A DNA stretch of 63,620 nt, counting the filler, from Chrysochromulina tobinii (lineage: Eukaryota): NCBI GenBank assembly GCA_001275005.1. It is 5 parts of 5 records of this genome, joined end to end, with 100 filler letters (N's around TTAATTAATTAA, not from the genome) between each part and the next. Parts side by side here need not be neighbours in the genome. Positions count along the whole stretch, not along the records: positions 21,913 to 41,389 come from JWZX01001123.1; 4 more parts are not named here. One strand, written 5' to 3'. Position numbers and translations under genes: made by a program. Below the pieces are notes generated by a model. It did no database searches. It was given only the letters and a program-made list of their open reading frames with translations, and had not been told where the DNA came from. Positions 22,258 to 34,058 of the stretch are shown piece by piece (within the stretch, counting starts at the first letter, position 1; each line of letters opens with the position of its first letter).

Positions 22258-22392
22258 TCAGAGCCGTACCGTCCATGGTGCACCGCCCATGGTGCACCGC
22301 CCGGAGGAGCGTATGTGCGAGCCCGCAGAGCTCGCGCCCAGCGGTTGCAAGCGAGCTGAACTCTCCTCGCGGACGCGCGCCCGCGTGCATCC

Positions 22393-24279
22393 TCACAGCT
22401 TGGCAACTTTGGCGCCAGCCTCTGCGCTAGCCACGCGCGTGCAGAGGGCCCGCATCTCTATGAGCACCTTGGAGAGCATCTCGCGGAAGGCCGCGGCAGA
22501 CGTCTCCGGGCATGAGCGCCAGGTGGTGATGATGATGTTCATACGGGTCTCGAGCATCGTGTAGCACGCGCCATACCCGTCGGCTGTCATCGGCGCGAAG
22601 CCGCCGAAGAGCGGCGTGTAGCCGACGTTACTGGTCGAGAGGCGGTAGTTGCCGCCGCCGCCCGCCCGTTTGTAGGCCGGGTCGTTGAACAGGCTCGGGA
22701 GTGGGTCCATCCCCTTGAGGTTCGCGGCGATGTACAGGCCAAGCAGGTGCCGGTCGATGCCCTGTCCGGTGAGCACGCGCTGCAACTGCTCGCCGTGCAC
22801 CTTGCACGCTTCCCTGAGGGCAGCGACCTTGGCGGAGTCCGTGGCGGTGCCGTCGAGCATCGCGTCGCAGAAGGCGACTGACTCGCACGAGAGCGTGCGC
22901 ACCACGTCGGTGCGCCCGTGGAAAAAGGCGCGCGTGTGGCCCGTCTCGTATGTCGCGCAGCTGAGGTTATGCAGCTTCCGCATGGTGAGCTGCAGTGCCA
23001 TCTGCATGAAGAAGTCGGGGTGCATGTTGACACGCTTGATGAAGCCCTTGCCGAAATGAGGGAACTCGAGGTGGCACAGCTCGCAGTCGTCCGCGAGCGC
23101 GCGCACCTCCACCGACGCATGCTCGATGGCGGCGAGCGAACGGGGCCCGAGCCGCCACTCGAGCAGGCGCGGCGGCGCCGCAGACAGTGGCGGCGGCGGT
23201 GCGAGGCATGCGGCACGATCCTTGGCGAGGCGCGCGCGCATGTCGTCGAGTGAGTTGACGAAGAGCGAGACCATTGCCATCGCGTCCACGGGCGAGTGCT
23301 CCGCGTTGATGCCGCACCGGCCATTCTCGAAGATGATCGAGGTGAACGACTTGTCGAACCACTTGTTGCGGCAGCTGCCACCCAAGCACAGCCGCGCGAC
23401 CTCTTCCTTGGTCGCCGGTGCTTCGCGCTCGAAGGCGACGCAGCAGATGGCACTCTCGACGAGTTTGAGCGCCTCGCCCGAGAGCGGATCGGCAAGCAGT
23501 GCCTCGCGCTCCTTGGCCCACACGTCGCGGTTGAGCGCCGTGAGCAGCGACACGTCGGTTCGGCTGCCGACGACGGTGCCATCTTTTGCGATCTTGCCTT
23601 GCTCGATGCTCTGGTCCTCGAGCTGCGAGCGGTCCGCCAGCTCGAGGGTCGCATGCAGCAACGCCTTGAGCTGCGGCAGCGGCAGCGGCTGGCCAGCGCC
23701 GTCGTAAATGCGCACGATGAGCACCGCACCGTTGCGGAGCACCGCGATGTGCTTCGAGTCCGGCACCTGCACAAGCTCGTCGGCGCCCTCGGCAGGCACG
23801 CGCGTCATGCCGAAAATGCGCGTCATCTGGTGCATGTCCAGCGGCTGCCCACGCAGCTTCTCGACTTCGAACTTGCCGGCCTCAATCTTGGAGCGCATGC
23901 GCATCATGCCCTCGAGCATGAGCGCACCGGCAGTCACATTGTCCATTGGCATGCCCCATTCGGGCATGACTCCCGTCCAGTTGATGAAGATAGCCATCGT
24001 GGTGCGAGTGCGCAGATATGCTAGTTGCTCCCACCACTCCTCCATCCAGTTGCGCTCGCTGTCCGCCTTCTCCTCGAGGAAGGTCTGCAGCGCCATGCCA
24101 TCGCCGCTCTCACGGCCAAAATCGGCGACGACGGCCCGTGTGTGGGTGTACTCCGTCTCAGTGAGCAAAGGCTTGACCGCTTTCAGGTAGCGAGCCAGCG
24201 TGTCCGAGAGTGCGGGCAGCGGCAGAGGCGGCAGCTCCGCCTGGGTCGGGAAGAGGGCTTCCGACGTCAATGCCGACAT
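22393..24279 (-). CDS. CROT: Peroxisomal carnitine O-acyltransferase (octanoyltransferase-like)
   Basis: LPPLPLPAL..TLARYL, NWMEEWW, NKWFDK, catalytic EHSPVDA, TYETGHTRAFFHGRT, GQGIDRHL, LSTS, and C-terminal PTS1 -AKL. Confidence 0.9.
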   Translation of the reverse strand: MSALTSEALFPTQAELPPLPLPALSDTLARYLKAVKPLLTETEYTHTRAVVADFGRESGDGMALQTFLEEKADSERNWMEEWWEQLAYLRTRTTMAIFINWTGVMPEWGMPMDNVTAGALMLEGMMRMRSKIEAGKFEVEKLRGQPLDMHQMTRIFGMTRVPAEGADELVQVPDSKHIAVLRNGAVLIVRIYDGAGQPLPLPQLKALLHATLELADRSQLEDQSIEQGKIAKDGTVVGSRTDVSLLTALNRDVWAKEREALLADPLSGEALKLVESAICCVAFEREAPATKEEVARLCLGGSCRNKWFDKSFTSIIFENGRCGINAEHSPVDAMAMVSLFVNSLDDMRARLAKDRAACLAPPPPLSAAPPRLLEWRLGPRSLAAIEHASVEVRALADDCELCHLEFPHFGKGFIKRVNMHPDFFMQMALQLTMRKLHNLSCATYETGHTRAFFHGRTDVVRTLSCESVAFCDAMLDGTATDSAKVAALREACKVHGEQLQRVLTGQGIDRHLLGLYIAANLKGMDPLPSLFNDPAYKRAGGGGNYRLSTSNVGYTPLFGGFAPMTADGYGACYTMLETRMNIIITTWRSCPETSAAAFREMLSKVLIEMRALCTRVASAEAGAKVAKL

Positions 24280-24462
24280 GTGGTCTCGCAGCCCTCTCTC
24301 TCACGTTGATGACAGCGCGCTCGCCTTTCCAGAAGTGGGTCAAGTTTCAATCCCCGGCGGCCGCGCGCGCGCACAAAACCACTTCCGAGAGCTTCCCCCA
24401 ACAGCAGAGATAATTAATAAGTGATCCTCGATCTTAATTAAATTAGACTTCATGGATTAACG

Positions 24463-25377
24463 ATGCCGCAGCACACATCCCGGAGCGTCCTCGCTGTGCT
24501 GCTCGCGTGCTCGACAGGCACCGACGCTGCACGGTCGGTCGCCCGCCCGGCGCTCAAGCTCGGTGGCGAGTGGGCAGGACGTTGCGCCGCCTTTTCAACT
24601 TCCGGAAACGCGGATTCACTTTGTGCGCAGCTGATTACGGAATCGTGGTCGTCCAAGGTGCTTCACCGCCGCACAATACAGCCGGCGCCCAATGGCGCAC
24701 ACATCTCCACCTCCGTGCTGCCCAGTGCTTGCAGTGGTTCAACGGTGTTGGCGTACGGTTCAGCCATGTTTGAGCCCGATGTGCTGAACGCTCGCGCTTG
24801 GACAATAGATGCAGTCGCAGGCGGCGACGGCGAATGTTGGACTTGCGAGACTGTTTTTGATGGCTGGGGCGAGCGGCCAAGTTTTGTGCCAGGGGCGTTT
24901 GACTGCCCCAAGGAGCGCACGCGTGTGCGATGCACCTTCGATCCAGCATCCGGCACGCTCGCGTCGTCCAGCCAGGTGCTCGTATGGCAGGAGCGTTGCT
25001 GGAGCGCTTCGCCGCGCCCTAATGAGCTTGATGAAGTTGCTGCACAGCAGCCTGGCGGTCTCGATGGTCAGTGGCTTACAGATTGTGTTGGATTCGACGA
25101 TTTTGGTGCCACCAGCGGAGCTATCATGCCTGCAAGCAGCAGGCAGGCCCCCAGCTGCGAATCGACGTCGCCGCTTACGATGACCCTCTCTCTCGGCGGA
25201 GGCGTTGACCTGCGCGGTCGTCCCGGGTTCTTGGAGATCTCACTCACATCGGGTGGCACGGGCTCGCGCAACTCTTACCAGGCGGTGATTGTCAAGAGAA
25301 GCTGGGCTGGCGATGCGACGGGCCGCTCCGTCTTCGCTGAGGTCGAGACGGTCAAAGACATGACGGGCGACAAATGA
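24463..25377 (+). CDS. Hypothetical protein with N-terminal signal peptide (secreted or plastid-targeted)
   Basis: 304-aa ORF beginning with hydrophobic VLAVLLACSTGTDA; Trp/Cys-rich globular-looking sequence; divergent from CROT. Confidence 0.6.
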   Translation: MPQHTSRSVLAVLLACSTGTDAARSVARPALKLGGEWAGRCAAFSTSGNADSLCAQLITESWSSKVLHRRTIQPAPNGAHISTSVLPSACSGSTVLAYGSAMFEPDVLNARAWTIDAVAGGDGECWTCETVFDGWGERPSFVPGAFDCPKERTRVRCTFDPASGTLASSSQVLVWQERCWSASPRPNELDEVAAQQPGGLDGQWLTDCVGFDDFGATSGAIMPASSRQAPSCESTSPLTMTLSLGGGVDLRGRPGFLEISLTSGGTGSRNSYQAVIVKRSWAGDATGRSVFAEVETVKDMTGDK

Positions 25378-25890
25378 CCCGACGACGTGGCACCGGAGCT
25401 CGATGAGCGCTAACGGTGCGTCAACGATGCCGTGCTCCCTTGATCCTGTGGAGAAATGATGCGACCCGCGGCAAAGCTTCTCTTGAACCGAGGAGACTCG
25501 CGAGGCTCGTGGAGGCCCTAGGATCAAGGCACGGCCGTAACGGCCGAGAGTTTGCGGCGATTCCAAAATGAGGTGCACACATCGCTGGGTCGCCGTGCCT
25601 CATCGCCTCATCGGCCCCGCACCCTTTACAAAATATGGGGGTCCAGGGGTCCCCGAGCTAGTGGCAACCGCATCTGTATGTACGCCGGTCCGGTGTCTTG
25701 GGTGTTCGAAATAACTTATTCCACGCACAGATCGCGGCCCTACGGTGCCGGTTTTATGGCGACTGGGTGCCGTCGAAGGCAAACCCTTCCGACGTGCCCA
25801 CAAGGGCGGAGCGCGCGCTACCGCGAGATACAAGTACCACCATGGCGATGGTGCTCTGTTCACACTAGGGAAGAGTTCCCAGAGGGTGCA

Positions 25891-28090
25891 CATGCAGGGC
25901 AGCAAGGCCAGCAAGCTGCCTCCCCAGCATGCGGCTAAGCTGCCGGCCCAACCGAAAATAGAGAAGCCCGGCAGTGACTTTTCAACAGCGCCGGGCCAGA
26001 CGGCCAAGCTACCGCGGACGCACACGGCCAAGCCGCCGAAGAAAGAGCCATCAACCAAGAATCTGGCTGTGTCGATCGCTATGCAGGCGACGCCGAGGGC
26101 GAAGCAAACGAGACCGAGAGCGAAGCAGGCTACACCGAGAGTGAATACAGCTGCGCCGAAAGTGCAGCACGCGGTGCCGAGAGCAAAGCAGGTTGTGCCA
26201 AGAGCGCAGCAGGCGATAGCGAAGCAGCCGATGCCTTTAGCGAGGCAGGCGAGGCCGATAGGGAAGCAGGCAGTGCCGATAGCGACGGGCTGTCCTGCAC
26301 CGCGGACGTGCTTGTTGCTCGACGAGGCGAGTCCATCTCCGGTAGCGACGGGCTGTGTCGGATCGAGCTCTGCGCTCGTCCACAATAGCCCATCTCCCAT
26401 CGCGATGCTGCTCGATTGTCAAGATGCGCTCGAGACGTGCCTTGCTTTTCTCGACATCGAGGAGCTGTGCGCCGCAAAGGCGGTCTGCTCGACGTTTGCC
26501 TACACGGCGCGCGTGCTCTTACGAAGTGTGACCTATCGCGGCACGCACATGCGCTTGCACGAGATCCTCGAGGCGCCCTGGAGTGCGCGATCGTCGCGCG
26601 CTGCCATCGTGTCCAGGCTCGCCGTGCTTCCCGAGGGCGAGCTGCTGCGCGCCGATGGGCCGAGCCGACTGCCGCCCCTGCATGCGGCTGTGCAGCGGCA
26701 CGCACCGGCGCCTGTGATCGAGGTGCTCGCCACGGCGCTGGGTGGCGCGGCGGCGCGACGACGCGTGCATGGCCAACTGCCCGTGCACCTCGCGGCGGAG
26801 ATCGGGTCCGCCACGGCCTTGTCGGTGCTGCTCGGCGCCTCTCCCGAGGATGCCCGCCAGCGTGATGCCGACGGGAAGCTGCCTCTCCATCACGCGGCCG
26901 CCCGGGCACAGGGGGACGGCAGCGCTGACAGCACTGCGGTGGTGGCGCTGCTGCTGAGCGCGCACAGGGCCAGTGCCGCCGAGTGGGATCTGAATGGCAT
27001 GCTGCCGCTTCACGTGGCATGCCTGCACCGGGCGCCGGTTGCGCTCGTCGAGGCGCTCCTGCGCGCCTACCCCGAGGGCGCCGAGCATGAGAGCGCTCAT
27101 CACGGCGCTGGGCACGAGAGCCTCGACGGCTGGATCCCGCTGCACCTCGCGCTGATCTCGCAGAGCTCGCGCGCCGTGGTGAGCGCCCTCCTCGCGGCGC
27201 ACCCGGAGAGCGCCTCGAAGCGCTCGGACTCTTTTGGGTGCGTCGCGCTCCACTTTGCATGCAAGCACTGTGCCGGCGCACCGCGCATCATCGACGACCT
27301 TCTCGCCGCCTACCCTGACGCATGCCGGCTGGCTGACGCGGACGGACGGCTGCCGCTGCATTTGGCGGCGGCGCACCAACCAGAAGAATGCACGATCGCC
27401 GCGCTGCTCGACGCGCAGCCCGAAGCGACGGCCATCGCGGACGTGGATGACAACCTTCCACTGCACTGCGCTGCGGCCAGCCACGCCTCCGCTGCTGTCG
27501 TGCGCCGGCTGGCGAGCGCCTTCCCGAGCGCTCTGCACATCGCAGGTCCAGGCGGCTGTCTACCGGTACACCTCGCGGTCCGGAACGGTGCACCTCTGGA
27601 CACACTGCTCTCGCTGCTGCAGGCGGCACCCTCCGCTGTCACTCGTCGCGCCGACAACGGTGCACTCCCCCTCCACGAGGCCATCGAGCGTGGCGCCTCT
27701 GCCGCCATCATCGACGCCCTCCTTCACTACGACGCCCAGGCAGCCCGCAGCCGCGCGCGATGCGGGCGCCTCCCTCTCGAACTGCTCGCACGCCGCGGCC
27801 TCCTTGTCTGCGATGCAGTGGACGTCAGCACCCGCCGCAGCACGCGCGGCTGCTGCGGCGGCTCCGGTGGCCATGCCGCTGGAGACGCTGGCGCGTGCAC
27901 CCACCGGGCTGAAGAGGTGATCAACCGTGCACTGGAGCGCTGGAGCGTCGTGCGCGCCACCCTCGGGCGCTCGTACCAATACGCTTCCCCATCATCCCCA
28001 TCCGCCTCGCACCAGCACAGCCTCAGCAGCATGGAGCTCCAGTCCGGGCCAGACGGCCGTGGCCGTGGCCGACGGAGGACCAACTGGTGA
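25891..28090 (+). CDS. F-box-like plus ankyrin-repeat protein with a basic N-terminal 7-aa repeat region
   Basis: LLDCQDALETCLAFLDIEELCAAKAVCSTF (F-box-like); about 10 G.LPLH.A repeats; PRAKQxx repeats at about 26090-26285. Start uncertain. Confidence 0.75.
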
Positions 28091-28663
28091 CTGAGGCGTG
28101 TGGCAGGATTCGATTCCTTTCGTTCGCTCGCCGTTCTCGGTGCGCGGCCGATCGGAGTACTAGGTTTTAAGCGCCGCCCGAATTCGGGCGGCGAACACGG
28201 GCGGCGAACACCCCACGGGCGGCGGAACCGCGGGGCTCCGTCGCTCGCGCGGTTCGGTCCCCGTGCCGCCGCGTGCGCCGTGGTGTTGCGTGTAGGTGAT
28301 CCCGCTAATCTCTCTCGGGCTCTGAGTAGGCGCGTGTAGTCGATTTGACAATTAGTTGCTGACAGGTGTCTCCGGGGCGGGAGTCTATACATTGTGTTCG
28401 AGCCGCGCGCGAAGGTGCGGTGGAGAAGGACCGAAGTCCGGACCGGGACGAGACGCATGCACAACGCCCCCACGGGCACTCGGCAGCCGGCCTAAGCCTA
28501 AAAAGGATGCTGCACGTAGCTGACATGCAGAGTCAAATACGGCGCTCCGGAAGCTGCTGTGGATGCGTAGATGTGGAGCGCCGCACATCGAGCGCCTCTC
28601 CCTAACGCATTGAGCGCGCAGCCGTGCCATCAATGCAATAGGCCAGGATGGCACACCGTTCAC

Positions 28664-29230
28664 TCAATCAGCCGCTCTCCCTCGCGGCGGCGCATCGTCG
28701 TCCCTCCCCTGATACCTCGTCTTTCCGAGCGAAAAGGGCACGTATCGGTACTTGACCATGTGCTTGATCTGCCTCTTCATCGTCAGGGCGAAGAGCGCAA
28801 TGAAGTACAGCAGCAAGATTGGCCAGAAGACCGGGATGTTGAAGACGCTGAAAAAGGTCATCACGAAGGCCACGCAAAAGGCCTTGGTCAGCGAGTACCA
28901 GAACTTGAACTCGGGCAGCCTGCGGATGAAGGGCCTGAACTCATCGTCCCTGGTCGTTGGCAGCGTCGGACCCTCGGCTTCAGGGTCAACCTGTGGCGAC
29001 AGGAAGCCGATGAGCAGGTTGAGCACGTAGATGCCGAGACCATAGGTGATGATGTACCAGCCGTGGAGGAAGTACACGCGCAAGCAATAGATAATCACGA
29101 TCAGCAGCGTGAGGATCCACCGCGGCACCGTGTGCGGTGCCGACTGATCCATCAAGTGCTGCCATTTGCGTGCCACCATCGACTGAAATTTCCCCACCTG
29201 GCCTTCCTCCATCTCTACTTCCTCGTACAT
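28664..29230 (-). CDS. RER1: Rer1, retrieval receptor for ER membrane proteins
   Basis: [75 protein letters not shown]. Confidence 0.95.
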   Translation of the reverse strand: MYEEVEMEEGQVGKFQSMVARKWQHLMDQSAPHTVPRWILTLLIVIIYCLRVYFLHGWYIITYGLGIYVLNLLIGFLSPQVDPEAEGPTLPTTRDDEFRPFIRRLPEFKFWYSLTKAFCVAFVMTFFSVFNIPVFWPILLLYFIALFALTMKRQIKHMVKYRYVPFSLGKTRYQGRDDDAPPRGRAAD

Positions 29231-29672
29231 GGCTGCAGACGACGCCTGCCAGACGTTTGGAGCCGCAGGTGGTGTCAGAAACGTCGCAGTCGCAAGCACA
29301 GGCAGGCAGTAGAGCAATGCGCTTTCGCGCAGTCAGCAGCTCGAGAGCGCCTGTTAGGCGTTGGTGCAGCGTGCAGCGTGTGTAGCGTTTGTCGAGTCAG
29401 GCGTGCCACGGCGGCACACGGCGACGCAACGCGGTGGTGGTTGGCGGTGAGAGTGCACTGACCTCTGAACGTCGCGCAGTTGGTGCGCGCACGCTCCTCT
29501 CGCCAGCGGCTTCGCTGCGGCCAGAACTGCGCAGCACAGAAAGGTTCGCAAACTCGGGCGCCGAAATGAGCGCTCCGCAAGGTTACAACTGCACTTGGTT
29601 CACAGTAAACAGAAGCAAACGACATAGACTTGGCAATGTCAAGACTTGACTTGACTGCTTGCTATTGGTCTG

Positions 29673-32138
29673 ATGCGGACAGCTGCGCGGCTCGTAGTCG
29701 TCGCCATAGCGCTCCTGCTGTTGCTCGTGTACAACGAGCAGCGCGGCGGTCGAGCCAAGATTACGATCATCGAATCCTCCTCGTTCTCAGCCGTCCTCGC
29801 AGCATACAGCTCGCCTGAACTGCTTGGCTCCGCTACACCGCCACCGCCACCAGCATCTCTGTCCTTATCGGAAAGCGGTTCCAACGCGCGTGCCCGGAGT
29901 CGAGTAGGCAACCATCACGATGGTGCTGGTGGCGCGACAAAGCACCGCCACGCCGTGACCGACCACGTCGGCAATTGCTCTGGCCACGGCCAAGCCCTTG
30001 TCTTGCGCAGTGGGAGTGACAGCTGGGCTCATCGCTGCCTTTGCGCACCTGGTTGGAAGGGGGAGGCGTGCGAGCTCCGCGAAGATTCGCCGTGCAATAC
30101 CCCGGAGGGTGGCCGCGTGCTGACGCGTTGCGCTGGCACGTGCGACAAGGACGTCAACCGTTGCCTCTGCGGGCCTGGATCACGCTTCCCGCACCGCCCG
30201 ATGGTGCACTGCAGATACGAAGGCGTCGAGAAAGACATGCCGTGGCAGACACCCGGCTGGGCTGGGTTTGCCTGGGGGCCCAAGCACTTTTTCTGGACCA
30301 GCCCCGACGCCACGGCGAATCTCGACGTGCACGGCGCGGCGGTTGCGTGGTGCGATGCTGACCCGGCCCTGTCGCAACGACCCTTGGTCTATTGTGAGTG
30401 CTACGAGGGCCAACGCAAGGAGCAGTTGTGTGCGCCCGTCGCCCCACGCAGTGTTGACGCGACCTTCTGCCTCAGTCAGTGCCATGGCCGCGGCGAGTGC
30501 CGCTCGGGCTACTGCCACTGCAACGAGGGCTATGGCGGCGCCGACTGCTCGCTATCTCGAAACGGCGAGATTGCGCTGCCGACGCTCACGGCAGAGCGCG
30601 CGGCTCTCTCGAGCACGGTGAGCGTGACCGGAGCCGTCGGCGTGTCAGCGGTGCCTCGCCCACGAGTCTACGTGTACGAGCTTCCTGGAGAGTTCAACAC
30701 CTTCCTTGCGGCGAGGCGGCAAGCTGCTGAGTCTTGTGTGCTACGCGATTACGTGTCCGCAAGTGGTGGCGCCAAGTGGAGCAGCAACCTGTACGGCGCC
30801 GAGGTGGCGTTGCACGAGGCGCTGCTCGTGTCGCCGCATCGTGTGAGTGATCCAGAGGAGGCCGACTACTTCTTTGTGCCCTCGTACGGCGGCTGCTTCA
30901 TCTCGGAATTTAATCGGCCATCGCCATCGCACTGGCTCTGTGATCGATGCCACAAGGGCAAGGCGGCGGACCTGGCGTCCCTTCGGCAGATGCGTTGGAA
31001 TGAGGCGCTGCTGCAGCATCTCGCGCATGCGTATCCGTACTGGAACCGCTCCAACGGTGCCGACCACCTGTGGCCATTCACCCACGACGAGGGCGCGTGT
31101 TACGCGCCGGCGTCACTTCGCCAAGCGATCCTTCTTGTACACTGGGGACGCACCCACTCTCGGCCCAATGGCTCGTCCGAATACCATCTATGGCGCGTGC
31201 AGCCGGACGCGAGGCGTATGTACGGCTGGCGGCGCTGCTACGACCCGTGCAAGGATGTGGTCGTGCCCTCATGGCGCAAACCTGAGGCGTTCGCGGCGTC
31301 ACCCTACCTACGGAAATCCGCCAGCACGCCCGCCGCCGCCGCCACCGATGCGTCCGCGGGTCGCACGCGCCTCTTCTACTTCAACGGCAACCTCGGACTC
31401 GAGCCGATCGGCGGCGGACCGCTGAGTAATTACTCCTTTGGGCTGCGGCAGCAGTTGCATGCCCTCTTCGGGCGTATGGATCCGACCGAGGTGGTGGTCA
31501 CGGATCAGAAGGCTCCCGACTACAGCGCGGCCCTCGCCTCTTCGGTCTTCTGTGGAGTGCTGCCTGGCTGGGGCTGGAGTGGACGCATGGAGGACGCGGT
31601 GCTGCACGGCTGCATCCCGGTGATCATGCAGGACGGCATCCACACTCCATGGGAGTCGGTGCTCGACGCGCCCTCGTACTCGGTTCGGGTGCGACGCGAG
31701 GACATGCCGAACATGGTACGCACGCTCCGCGCGATGGCCCCCGAGCGAGTGAGGGCGCTCCAGCTCGCGCTCGCCGCCGCGTGGCCACGCTTCAGCTACC
31801 TGGCCAACATCAATGCCGAGCAGGCGCGCCGCGGGCGTTCCGTGTCTGCGAGCGCCGCTGCGGCAGCAGGTAACGATGCGACAGCCACACTGCTGCAAAT
31901 GCTACTTACGCGGCTGCGGCTGCGCGACGCGCGACGGACGGCGGCCGCCAAGCACACGCAAGAGACCTGGCAGGAGATACGATGGCATCTTCTGCCAAGA
32001 GATGCGATAGCAGGAGACCTGGCGCCCGCGCCGGGGTGCCAAGTGAGCGTCACGGGAGACGACATCAGCCCTGCAGAGGACGGGAGCGCGCCGGAGGCCA
32101 CTTTCGAGGGCAGGACGGTGAATGGTTGGGTCATCTGA
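29673..32138 (+). CDS. Exostosin family (GT47) glycosyltransferase with EGF-like domains, type II membrane protein
   Basis: N-terminal TM; CSGHG...CLCAPGWKGEAC and CHGRGEC..GYCHC..GYGGADC; RPRVYVYELP, DPEEADYFFVP, YWNRSNGADH, SSVFC...GWSGRMEDAVLHGCIPVI. Confidence 0.9.
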   Translation: MRTAARLVVVAIALLLLLVYNEQRGGRAKITIIESSSFSAVLAAYSSPELLGSATPPPPPASLSLSESGSNARARSRVGNHHDGAGGATKHRHAVTDHVGNCSGHGQALVLRSGSDSWAHRCLCAPGWKGEACELREDSPCNTPEGGRVLTRCAGTCDKDVNRCLCGPGSRFPHRPMVHCRYEGVEKDMPWQTPGWAGFAWGPKHFFWTSPDATANLDVHGAAVAWCDADPALSQRPLVYCECYEGQRKEQLCAPVAPRSVDATFCLSQCHGRGECRSGYCHCNEGYGGADCSLSRNGEIALPTLTAERAALSSTVSVTGAVGVSAVPRPRVYVYELPGEFNTFLAARRQAAESCVLRDYVSASGGAKWSSNLYGAEVALHEALLVSPHRVSDPEEADYFFVPSYGGCFISEFNRPSPSHWLCDRCHKGKAADLASLRQMRWNEALLQHLAHAYPYWNRSNGADHLWPFTHDEGACYAPASLRQAILLVHWGRTHSRPNGSSEYHLWRVQPDARRMYGWRRCYDPCKDVVVPSWRKPEAFAASPYLRKSASTPAAAATDASAGRTRLFYFNGNLGLEPIGGGPLSNYSFGLRQQLHALFGRMDPTEVVVTDQKAPDYSAALASSVFCGVLPGWGWSGRMEDAVLHGCIPVIMQDGIHTPWESVLDAPSYSVRVRREDMPNMVRTLRAMAPERVRALQLALAAAWPRFSYLANINAEQARRGRSVSASAAAAAGNDATATLLQMLLTRLRLRDARRTAAAKHTQETWQEIRWHLLPRDAIAGDLAPAPGCQVSVTGDDISPAEDGSAPEATFEGRTVNGWVI

Positions 32139-32290
32139 CTGACCGTTCTTGTTGTGCTATCATAGTGACACACTCTGGAAACGCTCTTACTCTCACGATG
32201 CATGGCCATATGGCCCAGTATCACATTTCCTGAGAATAGTGTTCGAGTACTATTCATGATCTTTCTCGGTCCACCGTGTCTCTCGCCGAT

Positions 32291-32945
32291 CTATCGGAAC
32301 GCCTTCCCATGCAGTGTCTTCTTCTTTTCCCTCGCCTCTTCTGTGATGTCTTCGGGGCGCACGCACTGAAAATTGGGATCGATATCGAGGTCACTCGGAA
32401 CCCAGCTCGCGACCCAGTAGCTCGTCGGGTCAGGCTGGCCTTCATGGCGTTGGATTTTCCTCCCAGGCCACGGGCGAACCCGCGGGTCCCATCCACGCGT
32501 CGGGTGCGACGACTCGAGCGGGTTGAACGTTGACGACGAGAAAAACTCGTGCTTCACTGGCACGCGCACCCGCTCGTTGATCAATCGCGAGCCCACGTTG
32601 GGCGGCACCAGTCTGTTGTTCACGATTGCCATGCCCTCCTCCTTGAGCGAGGCCACACGGTCGCGAACCCGGCGCATGGCAGCCTTGGCGGCCGGGTCGG
32701 CGAGCGCCGCTTTCCAATCGCGCGCATTGAAGGCCTCCGCGAATCCGAGCATCTCGTTGCGGCCCGGCGCGTGCTCTGTGCCTTTCTTCATCGCATAGAC
32801 GACTGCAGGATTGGCTGCAAGATCCAGGTTGGCCGCATACGAGGCCGCACGCAGCCGGTCCTCGTTCGTGACGGCTTGCTGGTAGTTGAGCATCATGTCG
32901 TTTGGCGAGGGTATCCACCGGCCTTCATCCGCGCCGTCGCCCATG
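32291..32945 (-). CDS. Hypothetical protein
   Basis: About 218-aa ORF with coding-like composition, divergent from the next gene; no recognised motif. Confidence 0.5.
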
Positions 32946-33186
32946 ATGACACTGAGCACGGCGAGCGCGCGCGCGCCGCCGCTCTGTGCACGGCCAGGGC
33001 AAAACAGACGACGCGCGTGAATGTGAACATGAGATCAAAAAAAAGCGGTAAACGTGGTCGCGTTAAAATGGGTGACGAGGTCAGATGTTCGTGGGTCATC
33101 GGGTTTAGACGAACCCCAAGTAGGAACTGTCTTCGAGCGCCTTTGGCGACGTGGAGGCGCGGCCCGTCCAGCGCTCCGTCCAGCGC

Positions 33187-33894
33187 ATGGGACGGAAGAA
33201 AGGAAAACGGCATGCTCGCTCCTTATCATCACGGAAGCGTTTAAAGGACGTCTCCACCGCGATACCCGATGACTATGGACGATTTGCAAGCGACAAGTTT
33301 CTCGCCGATCCGCCAAAGAAGGATATGGACGCGAAGCTGCCGCGCAAGCTCATGATGATGCAGCACGCCATCGCACGCATGCACCAAATCGAGGCTGGCG
33401 AGAAGCCGAGGCCGCCCCGCTGGTCTCAGCCAGATGGCCCAAGACCGGAGCAACCGCATACGAAGGTCAAGAAGCAGCAGCGTGGTGCGCTGTCAGCAGC
33501 AAAGTCTGAAGGTGCTGGGCCAGCTCGAGAGCCGAGCGTCGAGGATGAGATTTCCGCGTTACCGCGTCTCACGGGCAAGAGTGCGCGCTCAACGCCATCC
33601 GCGGTAGCGCAGAATGCGGCTGCCGCCGCGGCCGCTTCCGCGGGCAAGAAGCGCCAGCGCGAGGAGCAGCATGAGTTTGGCGAGAAGCGCCAGCGCGTGC
33701 CCAAATTTGGAGAGACGAACGACGCGCCGCCAACGTTGAAGGTGAGCGGGCAGCTGTCCAAGAAGGTGGCGGCGGCGCATGGCGTGGACGCGGCCGCACA
33801 GGTGAAGACGGACGCGCTCGCGCGACAGCGCCAGAGTGCCATGGAAGCGTACGCGAAGGCCAAGGCCGCCCGCCGAGCGGAGGCTCAATTGTGA
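33187..33894 (+). CDS. Basic nucleolar-type protein, CCDC137-like
   Basis: MGRKKGKRH start, PRKL, C-terminal FGETNDAPPTL...RQSAMEAYAKAK. Confidence 0.6.
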   Translation: MGRKKGKRHARSLSSRKRLKDVSTAIPDDYGRFASDKFLADPPKKDMDAKLPRKLMMMQHAIARMHQIEAGEKPRPPRWSQPDGPRPEQPHTKVKKQQRGALSAAKSEGAGPAREPSVEDEISALPRLTGKSARSTPSAVAQNAAAAAAASAGKKRQREEQHEFGEKRQRVPKFGETNDAPPTLKVSGQLSKKVAAAHGVDAAAQVKTDALARQRQSAMEAYAKAKAARRAEAQL

Positions 33895-34058
33895 CCTACG
33901 ACGATGTCCTCTCAGCACTGTACAATTATTGTTCAAAGACACCAGAAACTCGTTTATACACGTATTAACAGCCAGTTCATACTTGACTTGACTTGACTTC
34001 ATACCGTTCATAGTCTTCATATCGAAGGCGGCGAGAGCGCGAGCCGCCATCGCGAAGA

